Numbered from the stretch's first letter, positions 34,526 to 53,172 are shown. The stretch is 64,000 nt of DNA from the human T2T-CHM13v2.0 reference genome, Homo sapiens (GCF_009914755.1 NC_060935.1); one strand, 5' to 3'. The notes: a model not told the origin generated them from the letters alone. Program-made: numbers and translations.

Positions 34526-35869
34526 TGGCAACAAACTTCTAAAAACATAGTTTTAAAACATTATGCATTACAACAGACTCTATACAAAGAAAATATTCGC
34601 AATATTAAATGTGTCCAAAAAAATCATCAACTTAAGACAACAAAATTTCCTGACATAAGTATTTAAGTGGTTCTTCAGAGGTCATTTTTAAAAGTCTTGG
34701 GCTTTGTGCAGACTTACGTTAACAGTTTAAAAAAGTCCTTTTACTTATTTTACTAATAAACTTCTATATTATTTGGATGTCTTACAAAGGCACAAATTGC
34801 TTTGCTATTTAAAAATTGCAATTTTCTTTTTAAAAAAGAAAGAAAAAAGTATATCTTTTATTTCCTGAAAAGGTGATGCCACATGTCAGAGTCAGATCTT
34901 GAATTTCACCTTTTCATGACTGAAAGAGAACAAAAGAATCTCTTCATAAGTCATAGGGTATGAATCATAAGTGCAATTACTGAATGATTAAGTAAATTCA
35001 AATGCTAAGGGGGTAAAGTGGAAATCCTATTGGACAGAAACCAGAAACCCCAGTTGCAATGCTCCTCCTGATTCACTTACTAAATTTCCTTGTGCAAGCT
35101 AGTAAAATTTCTGCACCTGTTTGTCAATGCATTAAACAAAGATCTTATTTGACTGTTAGAAATGATGGGCTAGTTAACATATTAAAGTACTAAGAACATT
35201 TTGAACTAAAAATCTCCGTGGACAGGATGGGCAACGGCAGTCATCAGCAACTCAGGAAACCCGAAATGTTTCCTTAATTAATACATCTCTTCTTCAGGGC
35301 TCAGCTGTTATTTCACTGTGCATAAATTCTCAAAGGCCCATTGAAGGGAGGGGAATACCAGAGGTAAATGGTTTGGGAATAACACATACGTCATTTTACT
35401 GCTAATGAGATTGAAATGGGAATGTATTTTAAGAAACTTAACCTTCCTTTCAGTTTCCACAATGTCTGAACAAACTTTCTTTTCTCTTCTACCATAGTTC
35501 AGCTTGTTGAGACGTTAAAAAGATGCATACTCCATAAATTGATGTTTACTAACATTCATGCAAATACATACAGAATAACATTGATGTAGGTAACCACATG
35601 CTTGCTCACAAGAGTATCCTCAGGTTTATCTGTAGCATGTTGATGACATGGACTAACAGAATCAGCACATTTGGGAAGATCATTTATGACTAAAGACTTC
35701 TGAGTCCACAGTTGGTAAGGAGCCTTTTGCCTAATGCTATCTAGGCCCTTGAGCTCTGCAATATAAATGTCCTGGAATAGTTTGACCAAAAATGATGAAA
35801 AGGAGGATGTATTTACTAATTCATTCAGTAAGTATTAATTTAGCATCTGCCAGGTCCTAAGGAAAGCAA

Positions 35870-35951
35870 TTATGTTGAACCATATGAAATTGCTGATATT
35901 TGGCTGTTTTTTTTATTTACATAAGTGGCAATTTCATATTATTAAACCTAA
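35870..35951. mobile_element. MADE2 mariner MITE
   Basis: GTTGAACCATATGAAATTGC...GGCAATTTCATATTATTAAAC terminal inverted repeats, about 80 bp. Confidence 0.75.
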
Positions 35952-36190
35952 GAAAATTATAGAAACGTCTTAGGGAAAGAAAACAAGAAAGCATTGAGAA
36001 TCATAAGAAAAAATTTTTTGAAGTAATGACTTAGAAGAAGTAAGAGGGAAGGAAAAGAGAAAGAAACGTAAAATTGTGAAATAGGAAAAAGGGAACCTAC
36101 AAACAAAAATAGAAGAAAATAAGAAAAGCATATAATGATAAAAATTGGTACCATCTTAAGAATTAATTCATTCAGTATTTATTGTATCTA

Positions 36191-38878
<2,688 letters not shown>

Positions 38879-40127
38879 TCTGATGCAGAATTAACAAATG
38901 ATTCTTAAACACCGTCAATTGCATAGCTAGAAATGCCTAATTTGTTTAAACTCCTTTTTCACATGTGTTTGGAAAGTATAGTTTTGCAACTGATGCCAAA
39001 TAATCTTTGCTTAGAATATCATGATCACTTGAATATGAGTTCACAAAAAAAAGGCCAAAAATTGTGTGGCAATCAGAAAGTAAGACTATGATGAGAAAAT
39101 AAGGCTGATAAGTGTACAATAGGTGTAAAAATGCCAACATCAGTACACAGAGTGACAGTTCTGTGGCCAGCCATGACACAAGTCCCTGTCATAGGTCCCT
39201 GGGGGCAGCTCCGGTGCGCTCTAAGAGCTATAAAGATTAATATATTTTAAACATGACACGTAGGCCTTATTACTACTCACAGTGTGACATGAAATCAGAT
39301 GACCCCTCACACTGTTCTTTTATTTAACTTTTTTGTTATTAACAATCATTGTTCTTAAATAGTAGAATTAAAGTTCTGTTCAAAAGTGTCCTTAAAGGGC
39401 TTTAAGCAAATGTTTAAAATAAAATTCTTAACCCCTTTACTGATTTGTTGAATCTGAAAATACCTGCATGTAGATATATAATCAACCTGGAACAGTAGGA
39501 GTCTTTCATTTCTCACTTGCTGACTATACTGAGATAAACTAAAACAGCAAACAATTGATGTTGAAATGTCAAGGCTAAAATGTCACGGCAACAGCAAGTT
39601 TAATAAAGTTGCATCTCTTCAAGAGGCTAATGATAGTCATCGATGTGCCTTTAAGGATGTGGAGGTGACTTTACTTACAGAGCTTCATGGCTGCAATCTT
39701 AACATCTCCTGTCACAGTCCTTGAGTCCATCCTCATGCCCACACAGTAAAGTGAGTTTTCATTTCATTCTTGAATTCACACAGGTAAGTGGGTGGGTATG
39801 TGCTCAAATTCAGAGATGCATTATCACATTAATCCAAGTCCATTAATCTCATTGCTCCAATTTTTTTTCTTATTCCCTCTGAACTAAATAATTCTTTACC
39901 TACTGCCCTTTATTGCTTGATAATAACTCAAAAAAAAAAAAAAAAAAAAAAAACCCAGAGTCAAGAACCAAGCTACTACTTGGCCGATGACTATTCATTT
40001 ACTTCATGCTTCAATATCCCTCTTTGTAAAATGAGAATTATAATATCTAGCCCAACTCCACAGATAGCCAGTATAAGAAAAATACCATCTGTGAGAACAC
40101 TTAAAATGCTTTGGAAGAAAGGCATAA

Positions 40128-40446
<319 letters not shown>

Positions 40447-41495
40447 AGAATATTATAACTTTAAATAGCAGATGGCACAAAATAAAATTAATACAGCAAG
40501 GAAATAATAGAAGAAATCAGCTCTCTTGGGCATTGTTGTTACTGGCTTTTCTCATTTCTCTCTTTGCCATCTAACCTCAAAATATCTTGCAGCTCCGTAG
40601 TGACTGAAGTTTGTGTGCATGCTGCCAAATGCTGTAACATTCTCTAGGACTCAATGTTACAGGGAAACACACAGGGATGTAATTCACTACTGAGAAACAG
40701 ACTTCATTTCTCTGTCTGCCTCCCTCTCTGTCTATAAACTCTGATATTTGATGTCAGCACAAGGCCTCATTTGTTTTGGTCCAAATATCCAGATATGTGG
40801 GCAGACTCATTTTACCAAGGAATGTCATCAAAGTTCACAACTGCTGATTCCATAGCATGAGGCATTTGACCATTGGCCTCTCCCCAAAGTAGTGGGAAAT
40901 GAAGCACTTTTCCTACCTGAAGATAAATTGCTTCCACTCCATGAAAATGTATTCAGCACGAACAATGTAGAAAGCACTCCCCTGGGTACTGTCGAGAATG
41001 CAAAAATGAATAAGTCAGTTCTTGCACTTGATAAGAACTTTACAGGCCCACATTCTCAGATATAGGTCTCAGTCAGATTAAGTTCTCCTCCACAACAGAA
41101 GCTGTGGTGTCCATCTCCCCACCAGGAGGTCTCAGTGCTGTAGGTTGACTCAATGAATAAACAGGAAAATGGGTGTTCTAGTGAAAATGTTTCCTATTCT
41201 TGTGTTCAACCACAATAAACCATGTCTGGCCTCTTCATAGTCTGATCCCAATTGCTTGAATAAGAGGGAAAGAAGAATCCATCATAGAAATAGTTTAGAC
41301 CACGAGGTAGACAAATGGAAAGTGAAGAGGAAGGGATTGGAAGAAGGGAAAGGAAAAGCACTGCCTAGAAGGAATCAGTGAAAACAAAATTTCTGCAGAA
41401 AACTTAGGAATAATTCAGTTGATTATCAATAATAATAATAAAATAGACAATATCCTTTGGGAGGAGAAAAACAGAATTTGGTAAAAATTGAATTA

Positions 41496-41810
<315 letters not shown>

Positions 41811-41977
41811 TGAAGGGGGAAAAAATGTTTCCCTTGGTCCCCAGCAAGTGCCAGACCACTTCGACCAAAGCATAAATAGTGTTTCAAAGAACTGTTAAGC
41901 ACGTTCTTTGGATAAAGAAGGATGTGACCATCACCTGGCATAGGTACTCTGTCCACCTGCTGCCTTCATTACTTGAT

Positions 41978-42746
41978 GCAGCAGTTCTTGAAGTCTTTAA
42001 TCAAGACCTTTTTACACTCTTTTACATTATCAAGGACCCCAAAGAGCTTTCACTTATGTGAATTTTATCTAATGATATTTATTATCTAACATTAAAACTG
42101 AGAAATTTTCAAAATATTATTTGAAATCAAGACAACAAAGCTTACTTTTTGTTATGTTTATGCATAGACTCAAGGAAAAGATCAAGATTTCAAGATAATT
42201 ACTTCAGAAAAATGAGGTTATAGCTATCCTAGTAGATATGAACAAATAGAACTAATCAAAGTACAAAAGCAGTAGCCAAGAGAGTTGGTGGACACCTGTA
42301 GTCCCAGCTACTCTGGAGGATGAGACAGGAGGATCTCTTGAGCCCAGGAGTTCCTGGGCAACAAAGTGAGACCCCCTACTCTGAAAAAGAAAAAAGGAAA
42401 GAAAAAAAATTAAGTTCACAAGTACTGAGAACAAATTTTATTAATCTCTATAAATCTACATAAATCTCTATAAAATGTACATACTGATAATGTAAACATA
42501 CTACTATGGAAAATACCAGAAAATACAAGCACGCTCACTCAGGTATTCTATTAGGAGACAGAATGATGACGTTATTACACTTCAAATAGCCCCTGGAAAT
42601 TTCCACTGTACACTCTTGAGAGAATGAAAGTGAAAATGGCAAATCATTTATTGTTACTATAATGGAAATAGTTTTGCCCTCAGAGACCCCTGGAAAAGAT
42701 CTTGGAGACATCCCAGACCTGGCGGACCACCATTGGAGAACCAATG
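41978..42746. mobile_element. Charlie1-like hAT fragments with an Alu monomer (about 42270-42410)
   Basis: GACCTTTTTACACTCTT...GGACCCCAAAGAGCTTT start and GGACCACCATTGGAGAACCAATG end. Confidence 0.6.
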
Positions 42747-42879
42747 TAATCAATTACTTGTAAGGTCATTTCCATTTCTTATCACGAATAAAGGGTATTT
42801 TGTCTGATGAATATCTTGTCCTCGTCCCCGGACCACCCTTTTGAGAACAGTTGACCTAAGGTAACCACAGGACTCCTGG

Positions 42880-43700
42880 CCCAGTGGGACCCAAAGCGAA
42901 AAGCCCTGGACGCGCCGAGGGCGCTCTGCTTAAGACTGAGAACCGAAATGCTTCCTGAATTAGGATCATTGAGAACGCCGAGTGCAGACACAAATCGAAA
43001 AGCAGCCACCCGCGCCGCCAAGGCGGGGCCAGAACTGGCGGCAGGCGGCTGGCCCGCCCGGGGATGGGGCAGAAGCTGGGGCGGCTGAGAGCGCAGCGCG
43101 GGCTCCCGGGAGACGCCGGCCCACTGCCCGCCCGCTCGCCGCAGGTAGGCCCGGCCCCCGGGAGGTGGGGCGCGGCCAGGTGTCCCCAGGTAGCCGCCTC
43201 CTCCCGTCCTCCGTCGGCCGCCTCCCCGGACCGAGGCAGGACCTCACCCCGCGCGTGTTCCCCGGGCGCCCCTCTGCGAACCCCAGGCCCTTCCCAGGTT
43301 TGCGCGCGGGGGCCATCCAGACCCTGCGGAGAGCGAGGCCCGGAGCGTCGCCGAGGTTTGAGGGCGCCGGAGACCGAGGGCCTGGCGGCCGAAGGAACCG
43401 CCCCAAGAAGAGCCTCTGGCCCGGGGGCTGCTGGAACATGTGCGGGGGGACACAGGTACGAGGCCTGGCGGCAGGACCTCGGCGGGGAGGGGGTTACCTG
43501 GAAGGGGCCACCTCGGCGGACTGGGTTGGATTCGAACACATAGCGAGGGTTGCCCGCGGCGACAGGTGCCCGATCAGCCCTCGGCAGGGTCACTGGGCAC
43601 GGCGTTTGTCCCAGGCGCTCTCAGGGGCTGCTTCCTGGGCGCGCGTCGGGTTCCGGCGACCGAAACCGCGCGCCGGGCGCTCTTGCGCCTAGGCTTTGAG
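42880..43700. promoter_or_regulatory. PRRG4: CpG island / PRRG4 promoter
   Basis: Very GC- and CpG-rich block in an otherwise AT-rich window, with GC boxes (GGGGCGG, CCCGCCC), immediately upstream of the first coding exon. Confidence 0.93.
43200..43455 (+). other. PRRG4: PRRG4 non-coding exon 1 (5' boundary approximate)
   Basis: Lies in the CpG island. Donor CAG|GTACGA at 43455/43456 is the nearest good donor to the exon 2 acceptor (334-nt intron). TSS cannot be determined from sequence. Confidence 0.75.
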
Positions 43701-43811
43701 TACAACAGGTTGGTGATTCAGTTCGACAGAAACTCAAAGTGCTGAGCTAGGGGCCTTTTTTTTTTAATATTTTTTTTTGTTTGTTTTAGTTTGTTTGACA
43801 GTTGCCAGACT

Positions 43812-43914
43812 ATGTTTACGCTTCTGGTTCTACTCAGCCAACTGCCCACAGTTACCCTGGGGTTTCCTCATTGCGCAAGAGGTCCAAAGGCTTCTAAGCA
43901 TGCGGGAGAAGAAG
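43812..43914 (+). CDS. PRRG4: PRRG4 first coding exon (exon 2): signal peptide and start of propeptide
   Basis: ATG at 43812 reads MFTLLVLLSQLPTVTLGFPHCARGPKASKHAGEE (103 nt, phase 1) and ends at AAG|GTAAGC. Preceded by a poly-T tract and TTAG acceptor at 43788-43789. Recognised as the PRRG4/TMG4 N-terminus. Confidence 0.96.
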
Positions 43915-45021
43915 GTAAGCACTAAAACGTCCCTGGAACCCAGAGCCGCATAGCACAGATCTCAGTGAGAAAGTGCAGTATTTGAAATTACATACCCCCA
44001 GCAATCATAGAAACACTAAAATATCCTTTAGTTTAATTTGTGGCATATTTGGCAAGGTTGTGTTTTTTTATGTTCTTTAACTGCAATTTATAGAATTTGA
44101 TGTCTGTGAGTCTCCTTTAATAAGTATATACGTAAGACCTAGTTTGTGGTTAATTGAATGGAAAACCTATTTCAGCTTCTGAAAATCAGTGAGTGACATT
44201 TCTCTAGATGAAGCTGTGTGGCGATTATAATAAGCATAATTACTTGTTCTTCCTGGAGAGGCGAACGGGGAGTCCAGGATCTAGTCTGGACTTGCGAGAC
44301 CCTGGGCGAGATAACTTAATCCCGTTTGGCTTGAATGTCTTCATCTGTAAAAGTGATGCGGGTGGGGCGTAAAATGATCTCTGAGGTCCTTTTTGACTTC
44401 AGATGGTCTAGTTGTCTAGATAAAAGCAGCTAGTTGAGAAAAGATTAGGTTTGGGGCTTGCTAACCTGGAAGTCCACAGTTTTTAGGTTTCAGATCATTA
44501 ACAGTTTGTTTCCTGCCTATATCTTAAAAGCCTAACCTAGTAAAACCAGAAGAAAAAAAAAGCCTCTGTCTCTCAGCATCCTTCTCCCTGACTATTCATG
44601 GTGCTTCCCCACTCAGTGTCAGTACTCTGGATCCACGTCCCCACACATTCCTGTCTCTTATCCCTTCTCATCAGATCCGATTCTCAGCTCATTTTCATTT
44701 GGGAAGGATCTGTTACACTAGTACTCCTAACTGACTTTATTAATGATTAATACAGCTGTGTTTGTGTGTGTTGAGCTAGAACAATCCATTAACCCAAAGG
44801 CGTGAAACTCTGATGACAGAATTCTAGCAACTGGATAGGCTAGCTAGAGAGAGAGGGAGAGATTTTGGAAGAGGATCCTTTTTAGTCCCTCTCAAGCTGC
44901 ACCATATATGTAAGTCCACTTAGAAGGTTGCACTTATAAGGTTCCATAATCAGATGCTCTTCCCTAAAATGATTGTGAGTGCAATCATTCATTCACATGA
45001 CACGGGTATAAGAGACACTCT

Positions 45022-45314
45022 CGCCGGCACGGTGGCTCACACCTGTAATCCTAGCACTTTGGGAGGCCGAGGCAGGTGGATCACCTGCGGTCAGGAGTTC
45101 GAGACCAGCCTGGCCAACATGGTGAAACCCCGTCTCTACTAAATATACAAAAATTAGCCTGGCTTGGTGGCACGTGCCTATAATCCCAGCTACCCGGGAG
45201 GCGGAGGCTGCAGTGAGCTGAGATCGTGCCACTGCACTCCAGCCTGGGCGACAGAGTGAGACTCCATCTCAAAAAATAAAAATAAAAGCAAATAAATAAA
45301 TAAATAAATAAAAG
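45022..45314 (+). mobile_element. AluS with right-arm deletion and (AAAT)n tail
   Basis: Alu consensus; deletion between the two GGGAGGC repeats. Confidence 0.88.
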
Positions 45315-45419
45315 ACAGTCTCAAGGACACCACAAGCTATGGAAGGAATTTAGAGATCATACTTGAGTGTGGAGGGCTGGAGATGTCTGTGGAAATGTGA
45401 ATGAGGGATCCGACACATT

Positions 45420-47610
<2,191 letters not shown>

Positions 47611-47817
47611 ATTTTTCATTCTATGTCCATTTGGTGGTAATATAAAATCTACAAGAAGACAAAGGAGGAAACAGAATAGAAATATTTCATCACACTAGCC
47701 CCTCTATCTACCTTTTAGAATACTTTTTAAAACAACTATCACCAATTATCCCATTGTAGCTTCCTGCTTGGTTCAAATAGCCCCTATCTATTATTTATAA
47801 TATAGAAATGGACACTG

Positions 47818-48455
<638 letters not shown>

Positions 48456-49104
48456 TTAGAACATTCAGACCTGTTTGGAAAGATAATTCATTTGTGGAAA
48501 AAATATCTTGGACAAAATGTGACTGTTCTCAAAGGGCCAAAAATAAATGTACAACTTGAGGTCACTCAAAAATCAGTATGAGTTTTCCAGACCATGATCT
48601 CTCATGAACAGTCTTTCAATTGCCTACTTTAATACATTCTTTCTTTAGAAATGGTGAGCAGTGAAAAGTATCCGCACTTTTAAATTCTTTTAAGCATTGT
48701 GATGTAGTTCTCAGTTTCTGAATTCCAGTCTCAGTAATATGATCTGAAGCAAAATCTCTTAAGCTTTGTTTGTGTGACACCAGAACAAGTTTAAAGTTTG
48801 TGGGTTTTGAAAATACTACCATGGTTGGATGCTTTGGTTTTGTGTCAGCCTGTTCTTAACCTGTAGTGTTTACCATTTACCTTCCCGTCAAATGTAAAGG
48901 GAACCTTATAAAACATTATAGACACGTATTTGGGGTGTACCGTAGAGGGAGCTGCTACTTTGGAAAGGACTAAATGTCTTTAGTTAAATCTTATAATTAG
49001 CTTATAGTTTTATTAATTTAGAAGTTTAGAATTTTATAAGTTTTAGCATAAACTTGAATACAGCAATTTTAATATAAAAGTATTAATTTGTAATTTAAGA
49101 ACTT

Positions 49105-49412
<308 letters not shown>

Positions 49413-49940
49413 AACTTAAAGAGATCTTAGTGATTATTTAATTCCCAATTTTATAAATTAGGAAATGGCAGCCCAAAGAATATAAGTGACTTATCTCAGA
49501 ATACACACCTGATAACTTAAGCTAAATCAGAACAAAAAGCTGTCTTCTAACTCTCAGTTCAATATGTTGTCCATGATGCCCCACTAATTTTTCTCAGTCA
49601 AGATAATAGGGAACCAATTCTTTAGAAACAGACCTGTCAATTGTTGGAAAAATAATTATCTGGAGGGAAAAGAGATATTTAAATAATTTTTACTTATACT
49701 ATTAATTTTGGACATAATCAACTCCAGTGGAATTATGCTAACTTTGTATTTCACATTTATCAGAAATTATCTTCACTGATGCTTTTTCTTTCTTTTTTTG
49801 GGTTAGATTTTAAAACTTTACAAAAAAGTTTGGTATAATTTAGCCACATCAAGAGAACTATTCACTTTTTTCCACAATTAAAACAGGAATTTTTTGACTA
49901 TATTTGATCAATGTTTAAGTCTTTTTCATTACTTTATTAG

Positions 49941-50104
49941 TGTTTACATCAAAAGAAGAAGCAAACTTTTTCATACATAGACGCCTTCTGTATAATAGAT
50001 TTGATCTGGAGCTCTTCACTCCCGGCAACCTAGAAAGAGAGTGCAATGAAGAACTTTGCAATTATGAGGAAGCCAGAGAGATTTTTGTGGATGAAGATAA
50101 AACG
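49941..50104 (+). CDS. PRRG4: PRRG4 exon 3: propeptide and Gla domain
   Basis: TTATTAG|TG acceptor, ACG|GTAATG donor, 164 nt. Encodes (V)FTSKEEANFFIHRRLLYNRFDLELFTPGNLERECNEELCNYEEAREIFVDEDKT with the GNLERECxEExCxYEEARE Gla signature. In frame with exon 2. Confidence 0.98.
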
Positions 50105-50363
50105 GTAATGTGGTTGATTATGTTAATTGGCTGGAAATGTTAAATTGTACTTAAGAAAGTGGCACTTTCAGTTATTAGAGATTTTATGCCTTAAACACAA
50201 TCAGGATTATGTACCTGCTATCTCTTTCTACTTCCTTAAAATGGTAATTAACCTATTTAGACTTGGCTTTACACCTAATTAACTGGTTTCATAGTAGTTA
50301 GTAAATTATTGACTGTTGTGATTTTGTGTGTTTAATGTTTATTATATTTAAAAGTAATCATGG

Positions 50364-50492
50364 GGCAGAGTGAATTTAACTCCAAGATTTTGTGGTTAGT
50401 GCTCTAACTCAGGCTTCAATCATTTATGGCGGAGTGAATTTAACTCCAAGATTTTATGGTTAGTGCTCTAACTCAGGCTTCAATCATTTATG
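50364..50492. repeat. 64-bp tandem duplication
   Basis: GAGTGAATTTAACTCCAAGATTTT(G/A)TGGTTAGTGCTCTAACTCAGGCTTCAATCATTTATG starts at both 50368 and 50432. Confidence 0.95.
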
Positions 50493-50782
50493 ACTGAGTA
50501 ATTTGTCCTATCGGTGACCTTACCTTTTTTGATGACCCATATTTGTATTTCAAGTATTTACTGGAAGTCTGCTATGTGCCAGGTATTCTCCTTGAACCTG
50601 AGGATACAAAATATATAGCCCTTGTATTCGGAAGTATATTATTTGGTCTATCAGTGTAATTTGAGGGAAACATTTTTAAAAGTTCTTTCTTAGAATATAA
50701 CTAAATTCTGTTAATCTTGATAAGGTACAAAACAGATGGCATTGTGCCTGTGATAATCTGGCATAGTCTTGAAAAATGTTAA

Positions 50783-51122
<340 letters not shown>

Positions 51123-51439
51123 CTAAATTCTTTACTTTTGTAGATTTCATAACCCTAGCTCCTTTTTCCCTTTCTTAAGAGTCCTATTTTACTTTTTGTT
51201 CAATAAGAACCTCCCCAGGTATCCTTCCCTACAAGTATTTGCTGTTTCTATTAAGGAGGAAAACGAAGCATATACTGTGTAGTTGTGTCTGTTGGAATTT
51301 TATTCTGTTTTTCACAAACCTTTTATAATTTTATCATAGTTCCTTAAAATTCATTTCTATTCTCTCAAGTAGCACTGAACTTAAAATTGTCTCAACAATG
51401 TCTTCCCAAATCAATAAATACCTTTCAATAAGATCTCCC

Positions 51440-51773
<334 letters not shown>

Positions 51774-52146
51774 TCAGTCTCCTGTTCAATCATGATAGTG
51801 GGTCCACAGCCTCAACTTCTACCTTTGGTACTTTCACCTACTCTCTAATGCAATAATTTCCCCCAATGCTTTAGTGGGGGCTCCAGTCAGGTGAAGGGAA
51901 AATAGTAGGCACAGTAGTAAAGAGCTGGGACTGGCAGTAATCCCTTGACAATTAGAGAGATGGCAGAGGCAGCTGTGGGTGGTAGTGATTTAATTAGAGT
52001 GAGTCACACCCTCCAGCTTGAATGAACTGGTCTCCTACCTATGGTGCATGCCAAGAGTTTACTACCCCTAGTCTAGGTCATTAGGACCAAATGAAATGTG
52101 ATAATAAAGATATTGAATAAACTTGGGAATTTTACCTTTTTTTTAG

Positions 52147-52195
52147 ATTGCATTTTGGCAGGAATATTCAGCTAAAGGACCAACCACAAAATCAG
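52147..52195 (+). CDS. PRRG4: PRRG4 exon 4: aromatic stack (FWxxY) and linker
   Basis: Poly-T TTTTAG acceptor, CAG|GTAAAA donor, 49 nt. Reads IAFWQEYSAKGPTTKS, phase 0 to phase 1. Confidence 0.96.
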
Positions 52196-52849
52196 GTAAA
52201 ACAAGAATTGATCAAATTTAATGCTTTTCTCATCCTCTCTCTGTTGTAATACATTTTAGTTTTATTGTTTGAGTTTGGTTGTTGCGCAACATACATACCT
52301 TATAAATCCAAGGAGATTTCTCAACTATGCACCGGGCTATCTCAGACAGAAAAGGACAGATTCATCTATTTAATACACTGAAAATCAAGTTTGGTGAGAT
52401 ACTAGGAAAATGAGATAATGGGCTTAAAGCTGTTTTAAACAGCTCAGCTAAGTCAAGACTTGCACAGAATAAAAGCAGATTCTATTCATTTCAAGATGTA
52501 AGCTATTTTAACTTTTTTTCTTTTTTACCATTAAAGGCAGATGGAACATTTATGCTAGATAAATTAAGATTGTTGGATCGAATTAAGTAACTTGTAGAGA
52601 GGGGAGATCTTTATCTCATCTGTATTGATCATCTCTAGCTGCATTTTAGTCAGGTGTTTTTTTCGCCAGCTATTCTTTCATTCCTCTTAGGTAGGGCCCC
52701 CTCCATGGCAGGTTATGTTGCATAGCTACCCTGAGTTGCTTAATAAATATTATCTCAGTGGTTAATACCAAAGTATGTCTAGTTGAGCAGTGAATATGTT
52801 TATCCCACTTAATGCTGAATATTATCCATTTAATAAATGGATATTTCAA

Positions 52850-53172
52850 ATATTTTTAAATAAATAATTTTTAAATAAATAAATTTAAATAACAAAATAT
52901 TTTGAATATTATTAAAATATAAGTATTATATTTTGAATATTATTAAAATATAAGTATTATATTTTGAATATTATTAAAATATAAATATATTTTGAATATT
53001 ATTAAAATATAGATATATTTTGAATATTATTAAAATATAAATATATTTTGAATACTATTAAAATATAAATAGTATATTTTAAATATTATTAAAATATAAG
53101 TAGTATATTTTAAATATTTAAAAAATATATATATTTTAAATAAATAAATATATTTATATTTTAATAAATAAA
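52850..53172. repeat. AT-rich minisatellite (28/31-bp unit, about 8 copies) with low-complexity flanks
   Basis: Core TATTTT(G/A)AATATTATTAAAATATA recurs with the G/A at 52904, 52935, 52966, 52994, 53022, 53050, 53081 and 53112. Confidence 0.93.

Noticed and set aside
34711-34940. Possible minus-strand exon (acceptor near 34920, donor AAC|GTAAGT at 34718)
   Set aside because: AT-rich interior, no supporting frame or partner exon. Such pairings arise by chance at this scale.
39930-39953. Orphan A24 tract as a processed-pseudogene tail
   Set aside because: No upstream ORF relic or TSD found. Best treated as a mononucleotide repeat.
42782-43745. Long overlapping ORFs (236, 245, 159, 157 aa) on both strands
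   Set aside because: They lie in the CpG island, where stop codons are rare. They are low-complexity Pro/Arg/Gly/Ala-rich, open in several frames at once, and have no recognisable domain.
49940-50143. 67-aa ORF as a stand-alone Gla protein
   Set aside because: It is PRRG4 exon 3. The apparent start is a GTG spanning the acceptor, and the VMWLIM tail is intron.
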